64,000 nt of DNA, from the NCBI GenBank assembly GCA_044869275.1, contig JBIOXB010000086.1, positions 1 to 64,000 on the forward strand. Direction: 5' to 3'. Of the stretch, positions 56,279-64,000 are shown piece after piece. Below the pieces are notes generated by a model. That model searched no databases. It was not told the DNA's origin and saw only the letters and a program-made list of their open reading frames with translations. Position 1 is the first letter of the stretch, and every line of letters begins with the position of its first letter. The position numbers and the translations under genes were made by a program. Source of the stretch: a bacterium (GTDB lineage Bacteria > Zhuqueibacterota > Zhuqueibacteria > Zhuqueibacterales > Zhuqueibacteraceae).

Positions 56279-58114
56279 GTGAGCACCTCCACTTCCAAAA
56301 TCCGGCGCTTGCCGGAGAATCTCACTAACAAAATCGCGGCCGGAGAAGTCGTCGATCGCCCCGCTTCCGTGGCGAAAGAATTGCTGGAAAATGCGATTGA
56401 CGCCGGCGCGACGGAAATTGCCGTGATTGCCAAAGACGGCGGTCGCGCCCTCATTCAAGTGGTGGACAACGGCAGCGGCATGAGCCGGGCCGACGCTGAA
56501 CTGGCCTTCGAACGCCACGCCACCAGCAAGATATATACGGAAGAAGATCTGGAGGCCATAAGCACGCTCGGCTTCCGCGGCGAGGCGCTGGCCAGCATCG
56601 CCTCCGTCGCGCAAGTCTCCATGAAAACCATGGAACCGGGCGCGATGGAAGCCACGATCATTGAAATCGAAGGCGGTGAATTCAAGGATACACGCATTGG
56701 CGCGAGCACGCCGGGCACGAGCATTGCGGTCAAGAATCTTTTTTACAACACCCCGGGCCGGCGCAAGTTTTTGAAATCCGCGTCCACGGAGTATCGCCAG
56801 TTGCTCGGCGTGGTGAATCGTTTCGCCGCCGGCTATCCGGGCACGCAACTGATTTTCGTGCACAATGACGAGATTATTTTCGACATGCCGGTGGCTGCCT
56901 CGCTCGAAGAAAGGCTGGTGACGCTCTACGGCAGCCGTTTGCGCGACGCGTTGATCACGATTCACGACAAGGGTCCGGCTGCGGAAATCACCGGCGTCGT
57001 GGGCAAGCAAAGCACGATTCGCCAGCAGCGCGGCGAGCAGTTTTTGTTCTTGAATCATCGTTTCATCGCCGATCGTTCGCTTAATCACGCCATCGTCTCG
57101 GCCTACGGCGAAATCCTCGCGCACGGCGGATTTCCGTTTTATGCCGTTTTTTTGCAGATTGACCCGCAGCGCGTGGATGTGAATGTGCATCCTTCAAAGA
57201 TGGAAGTGAAATTTGCCGATGATCGCTTGATCTATGCCATTTTGCGCAACACCGTACGGCAGGCGCTCACTTCAACCGCGGTGATTCCGGTCGAGTCGAG
57301 CATCGTGCGCGCCGTGCCAATCGTGGCCTGGCCTTCCGCGCCCGAGGTTCCTGCCGCCGAGCAAAATGGCATTCCGGTCGGTGCAGGGCTCGCGCCTGAA
57401 ATGGTGAGGCAAATACCGCAATTCGATTTTCGTGCCAAACATCCGGGCCGGCAGCTTGGTTTTGAGCTGAAACCCACAGCGCCTGCTGAAAAATCAATCA
57501 TCGATGCCGATCCCGGCACTTCCGAACCGGCCAAATACCAACCGCACAATGTTTGGCAAATTCATGATCGCTACATTCTCTCAGAAATCAAATCCGGCCT
57601 GGTCATCATCGACCAGCACGTCGCGCATGAGCGCATTTTGTATGAGCAAGCGCTGGATATTTTCAGCCAACAAGAGCCGGCCACGCAGAATTTGCTGTTT
57701 CCCGTCGTGCTCGAGCTGAGTCCGGAAGATCACGACCTCGTGCAGGAGATTCTGCCTTTGCTGGAAAAGCTCGGATTTGCACTCAAGCCGTTTGGCCGCT
57801 TCACTTTTCTGATGGAAGGCGTGCCGGCAGGTGCGCGCTTCAGCAAGGGCACGCAAAATGAGAAGATCATTCTGCAGATTATCGACGAATACAAGCGCGG
57901 CAAGCGCGAGAATCTCGAAATCCGCGACAACGTGGCGCGTTCCTTCGCCTGCCACTCCGCCATCCGCTCCGGTGACCGGTTGTCGCTGGCCACGATGAAT
58001 GCGCTGATCGATCAGCTCTTTGCCACGAAATCTCCATACTTTTGCCCGCACGGGAGGCCGGTGATTATTAATATTCCGCTGGAAGAATTGGACAAGAGAT
58101 TTGGGAGAATATAG
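56279..58114 (+). CDS. mutL: DNA mismatch repair endonuclease MutL
   Basis: KIAAGEVV, GFRGEAL, DVNVHP, DQHVAHERILYE, CPHGRP. Confidence 0.97.
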   Translation: MSTSTSKIRRLPENLTNKIAAGEVVDRPASVAKELLENAIDAGATEIAVIAKDGGRALIQVVDNGSGMSRADAELAFERHATSKIYTEEDLEAISTLGFRGEALASIASVAQVSMKTMEPGAMEATIIEIEGGEFKDTRIGASTPGTSIAVKNLFYNTPGRRKFLKSASTEYRQLLGVVNRFAAGYPGTQLIFVHNDEIIFDMPVAASLEERLVTLYGSRLRDALITIHDKGPAAEITGVVGKQSTIRQQRGEQFLFLNHRFIADRSLNHAIVSAYGEILAHGGFPFYAVFLQIDPQRVDVNVHPSKMEVKFADDRLIYAILRNTVRQALTSTAVIPVESSIVRAVPIVAWPSAPEVPAAEQNGIPVGAGLAPEMVRQIPQFDFRAKHPGRQLGFELKPTAPAEKSIIDADPGTSEPAKYQPHNVWQIHDRYILSEIKSGLVIIDQHVAHERILYEQALDIFSQQEPATQNLLFPVVLELSPEDHDLVQEILPLLEKLGFALKPFGRFTFLMEGVPAGARFSKGTQNEKIILQIIDEYKRGKRENLEIRDNVARSFACHSAIRSGDRLSLATMNALIDQLFATKSPYFCPHGRPVIINIPLEELDKRFGRI

Positions 58115-58163
58115 CCCGTAACTTGGCTGGTATCTGAAATAACTAAGTGTTTGGTCATGAGCC

Positions 58164-58727
58164 ATGAACACGCTCGGCCTGGATGAACAACATGCCTTGT
58201 TGAAGACTGTAATTGAGCGGCTCGAGCGTTGCAACATTCCCTACATGGTGGCGGGCTCGGTTGCGGCCAATACTTATATGCCGGCGCGCACGACGAATGA
58301 TATTGATATCGTCATTAAATTGGAAGAAGCCGATATTGACAAATTGATCTCCGTTTTCGAAGATGACTTTTATGTCAATTCTCACGAAGCCATTCAAGAT
58401 TCAATTCGTCGCCATTATCCCTTCAATGCCATTTTTCTCGCGACTGCTGCGAAAGTGGATTTGATCCCGATCAAACCCGATGCGTTTGCGCAGTCCGAGT
58501 TTAAGCGCCGTCGTATTGTCGTTGTTCAAAATGAAGAATTTTGGTATGTCACACCTGAAGATTATATTATCTCCAAGCTGAAAAGTTATGTGGTCTCCAA
58601 ATCCGAGCGGCAGTTATCCGACCTCAAAAATGTTTTGGAAACACAAAAAGAAAAATTAGATTTCGCATATCTTAACCACTGGCTGGACATTTTCAATCTT
58701 CGCGAGGAATTTACAAAATTGCCATGA
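58164..58727 (+). CDS. Nucleotidyltransferase-fold protein
   Basis: YMVAGSVA...RTTNDIDIV, KVD, PEDYIISKL. Confidence 0.8.
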   Translation: MNTLGLDEQHALLKTVIERLERCNIPYMVAGSVAANTYMPARTTNDIDIVIKLEEADIDKLISVFEDDFYVNSHEAIQDSIRRHYPFNAIFLATAAKVDLIPIKPDAFAQSEFKRRRIVVVQNEEFWYVTPEDYIISKLKSYVVSKSERQLSDLKNVLETQKEKLDFAYLNHWLDIFNLREEFTKLP

Positions 58728-59011
58728 TTTTCGCCGACGACACACGCCCTGAGACACGCGAAGTTCTATTGCGGCTTTGGCGCGCCAAAGCCGAAGGTGA
58801 GCGCGCGCTGCATGGGTTTCGTTTGTGGAACAGTTTCAAAAATCGCATCATCAGCGCTATCCACGAACAGAATCCCGAAATTGATCCAATTGAGCTCTTA
58901 GTAGAGACTTTCAAACGAATCTATCTTCATGATTTCAATCCGGAAGAAATGGAGCGCATTTGTGAACGTATTCGCCAATACCATCGGAGACGGGCATTGG
59001 CTGGCAACTAA
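58724..59011 (+). CDS. Small hypothetical protein, putative partner of the nucleotidyltransferase
   Basis: ATGA overlap with the upstream gene; 95 aa, charged, helical; DT.PE N-terminal motif. Confidence 0.65.
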   Translation: MIFADDTRPETREVLLRLWRAKAEGERALHGFRLWNSFKNRIISAIHEQNPEIDPIELLVETFKRIYLHDFNPEEMERICERIRQYHRRRALAGN

Positions 59012-59019
59012 AACATGCT

Positions 59020-59952
59020 ATGGGAATCATTGATCGCCGCACGACCGCTCTCGTTCTCACCGGTCCGACTGCCGTGGGTAAGACTGCCGTGGCTCTGGGG
59101 TTAGCCGAAAAGTTTCCCGCCGAAATCGTTTCTGCAGACTCCCGCCAGGTATATCGCTACATGAACATCGGAACAGCCAAACCTGCTTTGAGCGAGAGAG
59201 AGAAGGTTCCACATCATTTTATCGATATCTGCGACCCGGACGAAACTTACAGCGCCGGGCAATATGGCCGCGAGGCACGCGCCCGCGTGTTGGAAATTAT
59301 GCAAAAAGGAAAGTTGCCGCTGATTGTGGGCGGGTCGGGCCTGTACTTGCGGGCGTTGTTGCGAGGATTTTCCGCAGCATTACCGTCGAATCGAGCATTG
59401 CAGGAACAATTGAAGCGCCGTGCGCAACAGGAAGGAAGCGCGGCCCTGTATGCAGAATTGTTGCGCCTCGATCCGGATTCGGCAAAGCATCTGCATCCGA
59501 ATGACGCGCATCGCATCGTGCGCGCGCTGGAAGTTTATCATACTGGAAATGTATCGCAGCGCAAGCTGTGGAAAAGCCCGGGACCACCCGCGCCCTTTGC
59601 CTACAAAATTCTGGTTTTGAATTTGGAAAGAAAAATTCTTTACCAGCGCATCAATCACCGCGTCGAGCAAATGGTCGCTGCAGGCTTGATCGATGAGTGC
59701 CGCCGCTTGCTGGAAAGGGGTTATGCCCCCGAGCTGAATGCGCTGCAAACCGTCGGCTATCAGGAAGTGTTTCAGCTGTTGCGCGGTGAGATTTCACATG
59801 AGGAAATGATCGAGTCGATTCAACGCCACTCCCGCCAATATGCCAAGCGCCAATTAACGTGGTTTCGCAAGATGGCGGAGGGTTATTGGCTGGACGCCTT
59901 CGAATCTGAATCTGCGATGGCGCTTGCTGCCCGGCTGGCGGGCTTGAGCTGA
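59020..59952 (+). CDS. miaA: tRNA dimethylallyltransferase
   Basis: GPTAVGKT, SADSRQVY, IGTAKP, GGSGLY, YAKRQLTWF. Confidence 0.97.
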   Translation: MGIIDRRTTALVLTGPTAVGKTAVALGLAEKFPAEIVSADSRQVYRYMNIGTAKPALSEREKVPHHFIDICDPDETYSAGQYGREARARVLEIMQKGKLPLIVGGSGLYLRALLRGFSAALPSNRALQEQLKRRAQQEGSAALYAELLRLDPDSAKHLHPNDAHRIVRALEVYHTGNVSQRKLWKSPGPPAPFAYKILVLNLERKILYQRINHRVEQMVAAGLIDECRRLLERGYAPELNALQTVGYQEVFQLLRGEISHEEMIESIQRHSRQYAKRQLTWFRKMAEGYWLDAFESESAMALAARLAGLS

Positions 59953-60072
59953 AGGTGTGTAATTGCAAAAGCTCACACGGGATAACCAGCATGGTGGCGC
60001 TGTCCAGCCCCACCAGCCTGGCCACACAAGAGTGCGATTGTGCACACGCCCTGCGCCGGGGCGCGCTCGTGG

Positions 60073-61431
60073 TCAATTCGTTCCGGCTGCTTTGCTACCG
60101 CTTGCAGGATGCTGCAGGCGCCGGTATTTTTCAGAATATTTTTCATACAGTGCTTTGTGCTTGCTGCCGAGATCGATTTCCCGGCCCTGGATGAATTCAC
60201 GCTCGATCTGCGTGGTGATTTCGAGCGGATCGCCGGTGGTGACGATCAAAGTTGCATCCTTGCCTTCCTGCAGCGAGCCGAGACGGTCGGACACCCCCAG
60301 AATTTCCGCCGCGTTCAAGGTGATGGCTTTGAGCGCTTCCTCGCGCGGCAGGCCATAGGCCGCTGCCGTTGCCGCTTCATAGGGCAAATTGCGCACATTC
60401 GAGTTTTCAAAATTGGCAATACAAAACTTCACACCTGCTTCGTATAATTTTTTCGGTGCGGCAAACTGCGTGTCGTAAGCTTCCCAAACCCTCCCGGGCA
60501 AGTCGTGAATCGGGCCGTAAATAACCGGGACATTTTTTTCCTGCAGTAAGGATGCCACCCGCCACGCGTCTTTTCCGCCGACGATGGCCACACGAATATT
60601 TTCATCTTCCGCCCACTGCAGCGCTGCCCGAATCTGCTTGGCATCGTTCGCGGTGACGAACACCGGTATTTTTCTCTCCAAAACCGGAAGCATCGCCTCC
60701 CAACGCGAATCGGATTCGTGATGAACGTTCCCCATCTTGGCTTCCGCGTTTTTCGCAATCATGTAAGCACGCGCGGCTGCAAAAGCCTCCTTGATGATTC
60801 GCAAATTTTCTTGAATTTGTTTGCGTTGCTCTTCCTCGCTTGAGGTGACTCGCCTGGTGCGCCGCACGCTCATCGTTGGCCAGTCCACGTGCATCGCCAC
60901 GGGCGCCTTGAGCGTCATCTGCTCCCAGGTCCAGCCGTCGAGCATGAGCAAAGCCGAGGTTCCTGAAATCAAGCCGCCTTGTGGAACACTGAGCGCCAGG
61001 GCCACGCCATTGGCGCGCGTCACGGGAATCATTTCGCCATCTGGATTCACAGCGACTTCCGCGCGCACGCTGGGATTGATCTGGCCGGTTTCGCTGAAGT
61101 CCATGGTCGCGCGCACCGCGCCGATTTCGATCAAACCCAGCGTGGTATGGGCGGCGATCATTGCCGGATAAACGTGTTTGCCCGTAACTTCGATCTTCTT
61201 GGCGTTCGCCGGCACTGTCACATTCTCGCCGAGTGCGGTGATTTTACCGTTCTCGAATACGATCGTGGCGTTGGACATGGGGGCGGCGCTCACCGGATGC
61301 ACGGTCGCGCCCACGAGCGCAATCGGCTGGGCTTGTGCCGGCGCGGGAATCTGGCCATAGTTTTGGGCAAATATGTCATCGATACCGAGAACGAGCAGCA
61401 CGAGAGCAAGGGCGGATTGCATGCGATTCAT
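60073..61431 (-). CDS. Exported amidohydrolase family protein (HutI-like fold, possibly a non-catalytic partner)
   Basis: Signal peptide; GKHVYPAMIAAHTTLGL, ITLNAAEILG, GSLQEGKDATL. Confidence 0.85.
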   Translation of the reverse strand: MNRMQSALALVLLVLGIDDIFAQNYGQIPAPAQAQPIALVGATVHPVSAAPMSNATIVFENGKITALGENVTVPANAKKIEVTGKHVYPAMIAAHTTLGLIEIGAVRATMDFSETGQINPSVRAEVAVNPDGEMIPVTRANGVALALSVPQGGLISGTSALLMLDGWTWEQMTLKAPVAMHVDWPTMSVRRTRRVTSSEEEQRKQIQENLRIIKEAFAAARAYMIAKNAEAKMGNVHHESDSRWEAMLPVLERKIPVFVTANDAKQIRAALQWAEDENIRVAIVGGKDAWRVASLLQEKNVPVIYGPIHDLPGRVWEAYDTQFAAPKKLYEAGVKFCIANFENSNVRNLPYEAATAAAYGLPREEALKAITLNAAEILGVSDRLGSLQEGKDATLIVTTGDPLEITTQIEREFIQGREIDLGSKHKALYEKYSEKYRRLQHPASGSKAAGTN

Positions 61432-61535
61432 TTTATTTGCCTCTTGGGGTTTGTAAAAAAGATTCTTTCTGAAACCATGACGCGAGGTGGAGGCACAAAG
61501 GCGCTTGGCAATTGTGTAATCGTAAACTCACCTCT

Positions 61536-64000
61536 TCACCGCCACGGCTGCTCGCATTGATCTTGCCGATCGCAAGACAGAAATCTACCGGAGCGAAGTT
61601 CAAAATCTTGCACGCCGGTGGTGCTGGCGCTTTCGCCGCCGCCGCTGGAACCTTCTCTCGCAGCCAGCACTTTTTGAATCAATGCGGCGCGTTCTTTATC
61701 CACCTCGGCACGCATTTTCAAATCCTCTTCGTAATCGAAGTACTGGCGGCCCTCGATCCACGTTTGTTCGCACCTGCTGTAGGTCGAAAGAGGGGAGCCG
61801 TTCCAGAGCACGAAGTCGGCATGCTTGCCCGGCTCCAGCGAACCGACGTAGCGATCAACTTTGAGCTGCTTGGCCGGGTTCAAGGTAACGAACTTGAGCG
61901 CTTCTTCTTCGGAAACGTTGCCGTACTTCACGGCTTTGGTGGCCTCCCAATTCAATCTGCGCGCCAGCTCGCCGCTGTCGGAATTGAAGGAAACCACCAC
62001 ACCCTGTTCGTGCATGAGCGCACCGTTGTGCGGAATGGCGTCATAGACCTCGAATTTGTATGCCCACCAATCGCTGAAGGAGGAGGCGCCGGCGCCGTGC
62101 GTGCTAATGGCCTCCGCGACTTTGTAGCCCTCGAGCACGTGCTGAAACGTGCCCATTTTGAAGCCGAATTCTTCCGCGAGGCGAATCATCATGAGAATTT
62201 CATCCTGGCGGTAGGAATGGCAATGAATGAATCTCTTTCCCTGCAGAACTTCCACCAGGGCCTCCAATTCCAGATCGCGGCGCGGCGGGATGGTCATGCC
62301 GTCTTTTTTCTTGGTATTGAAGGCCTGCCATTCAAGCTCATAATCTCGCGCGGCTTTGAAGCGGTCGCGAATGAGCTGCTCGACGCCCATGCGTGTTTGT
62401 GGATAACGGCCGGTCGGCGGGTTCCAATTGCTTTGCTTCACGTTCTCGCCCAGCGCGAACTTGATCGTCGGCGGCGCCTCCGTGAATTTAATGCCCTCAT
62501 TGTCCGCCCCCCAGCGCAACTTGATAGCTTGATTCTGGCCGCCGATGGGATTGGCCGAGCCATGCATGACGTGCGCCAGCGTCAGCCCGCCAGCGAGCTG
62601 GCGATAAATGCCGATGTCCTGGCTATTCACCACGTCGCTAATGCGAACCTCGGCCGTTACCGCCTGCGCGCTTTCATTGATGGCATCCGCAGCGGAATGT
62701 GAATGCGCATCGATCAATCCCGGGGTCAGGTGTTTGCCTTTCGCCTCAAGTATGACGGCATTCGCCGGCGCCGTGAGCTGGGTTCCGATCTGCGCGATCG
62801 TGCCGCCGCGTACCAGCATATCGGCATTTTCGAGCTTGCCCTGCTGGCCGCAGGTCCAAATCGTTGCGCCGCGCACGAGCAAGGCTTCGTGCTGAGCCGG
62901 CGGTGCGGAACGGCCAAAGCCGCCGTAGGGAAAGACTTTTTTTAATTCTGCTTTTGTTGTTGCTTCTTGCTTTTTGCCGTTTTCTTTTTCCGTGAACGGC
63001 TGGAGGCGTTTTGCTTGCCACTCGAAACTCACACCGTCAGGAAATACGCCGCTGCCTTTCATTTCGTCTTTGGCAAAGTCCCCGGCCATGCTCATCACGC
63101 CTTTGTAGCCCAAGGTATCGCCTTGGAGCAGCATGGTCACGCGTTTCTCGTCGAGCTGAAATTTGTCGAGCTTGGCTTTGATCTCATTTTTCAAAAGTTC
63201 GCCGCTCGGTTTTTCAGGAGTGCCTTTCAGAGCGAGCGTATAGTTTTCGCTTTGGCCGCCGCCTTTTTTTATTTGAAAGTCCCATGTGCCGCGCAAGTCG
63301 GCAGCGACCGGCTTCTTGATTTCGTAGCGATGGCCGTCCACCCATACCTCGAATATCGCAGTCTTCTCCGCAAACAGATCTCCCTCTGTAACCACAAGAT
63401 TCGCAATTTTCCCGGGCGCAATGGAACCGAGGCGATTTTCCACGCCGAAGAGCCTGGCGGGAACAACCGTCAGTGCGCCCAGGGCGGCATCGGCGGATAG
63501 GCCGTGGGCCATGGCCTTGCGCACACGGGCGGGGAAATCCGAGGTTTTTTTCAGTTTCGCCGTCGTCAATGCAAATGCCACGCCGGCTTGGTGCAGCCAA
63601 AACGGATTGGCAGGCGCCATGGACCAGTGCTGCAAATCATCGAGACTGGCATCCAGGGCCTCCTCGGGCGTATCCACTTGCGGGGGCGCGGGAAAATCGA
63701 GCGGCAGAATTACCGGCACTTGCGCGCGCTTGATCGCGTCGATTTGCCGATATTCATCACCGCTGCCGCGCACGATAAGAGGCAAAGAGAATTCGCGGGC
63801 AATAGCCACCGCCCGCAGGAAGTTGTTCGTCTCCGCGGCCTCGAAGATCACGGGCATGCGCGTGCTCGACATTTCGCTCAAGGCCGCCAGCGCGGGATTT
63901 TCTTCTGGACGGGCTTGGTTGGGATTTTTGCGATAAGCGGCTTGCGCTTCCTGATACCATTGCGCATCCAGCAAGCTTTGCCGCGTCAACGCGATGGCGC
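61536..64000 (-). CDS. Large tandem-domain amidohydrolase, 5'-truncated by window edge
   Basis: GSIAPGKIANLVV; PGLIDAHSH, IKFALGEN, HCHSY, FNSDS, GSLEPGKHADF. Confidence 0.9.
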   Translation of the reverse strand, partial: AIALTRQSLLDAQWYQEAQAAYRKNPNQARPEENPALAALSEMSSTRMPVIFEAAETNNFLRAVAIAREFSLPLIVRGSGDEYRQIDAIKRAQVPVILPLDFPAPPQVDTPEEALDASLDDLQHWSMAPANPFWLHQAGVAFALTTAKLKKTSDFPARVRKAMAHGLSADAALGALTVVPARLFGVENRLGSIAPGKIANLVVTEGDLFAEKTAIFEVWVDGHRYEIKKPVAADLRGTWDFQIKKGGGQSENYTLALKGTPEKPSGELLKNEIKAKLDKFQLDEKRVTMLLQGDTLGYKGVMSMAGDFAKDEMKGSGVFPDGVSFEWQAKRLQPFTEKENGKKQEATTKAELKKVFPYGGFGRSAPPAQHEALLVRGATIWTCGQQGKLENADMLVRGGTIAQIGTQLTAPANAVILEAKGKHLTPGLIDAHSHSAADAINESAQAVTAEVRISDVVNSQDIGIYRQLAGGLTLAHVMHGSANPIGGQNQAIKLRWGADNEGIKFTEAPPTIKFALGENVKQSNWNPPTGRYPQTRMGVEQLIRDRFKAARDYELEWQAFNTKKKDGMTIPPRRDLELEALVEVLQGKRFIHCHSYRQDEILMMIRLAEEFGFKMGTFQHVLEGYKVAEAISTHGAGASSFSDWWAYKFEVYDAIPHNGALMHEQGVVVSFNSDSGELARRLNWEATKAVKYGNVSEEEALKFVTLNPAKQLKVDRYVGSLEPGKHADFVLWNGSPLSTYSRCEQTWIEGRQYFDYEEDLKMRAEVDKERAALIQKVLAAREGSSGGGESASTTGVQDFELRSGRFLSCDRQDQCEQPWR

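Noticed and set aside
37498..62702. Long antisense ORFs (e.g. 37498..38820, 43215..44255, 45208..46278, 49695..50705, 52451..53647, 54559..55845, 61512..62702)
   Set aside because: They shadow well-supported genes on the opposite strand, lack motifs, and are expected from GC-rich codon bias
1..64000. CRISPR array, rRNA or tRNA (including a tRNA-Sec near selB)
   Set aside because: No regularly spaced repeat-spacer series, rRNA-like segment or cloverleaf with a T-loop was recognised by eye; a covariance search would be needed to exclude them fully

Overview
Bacterial chromosomal window of moderately high GC. A C-terminal 'NYPNPFNPST' Ig-like sorting domain and a mitochondrial-type aconitase suggest an FCB-group or KSB1/Calditrichota-like lineage (inference only). 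Most of the window is housekeeping: RND permease, rpsT, selB, acs, aconitase, glgB, uppP, radC, mutL, miaA and amidohydrolases. Two accessory regions stand out. (1) 2.9-8.4 kb: two diverged direct copies of a HEPN/nucleotidyltransferase toxin-antitoxin unit with back-to-back promoters; the toxin of the first copy is inactivated. (2) 13.1-32.4 kb: a ~19 kb co-oriented cluster that I cannot assign to a named system, bracketed by two paralogous sigma54 activators. Its core is an acidic-leader/cationic glycine-zipper protein, a HExxH metallopeptidase, a 697-aa unknown and a divergent BioF-like PLP enzyme. These are followed by signal-peptide-less cargo: cell-wall hydrolase domains, a poly-gamma-glutamate hydrolase, an HNH-like domain and serine hydrolases. 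Most cargo proteins share Glu/aromatic-rich leaders and interdomain linkers. An M20 peptidase, an amidohydrolase and a pseudo-receiver close the cluster. This cluster is the best candidate for an undescribed system (a leader-directed, protease-processed antagonism, export or packaging system). Several families of short intergenic inverted repeats and one MITE-like element are present. No rRNA, tRNA or CRISPR array was recognised. All family calls come from motif reading; no database searches were run.
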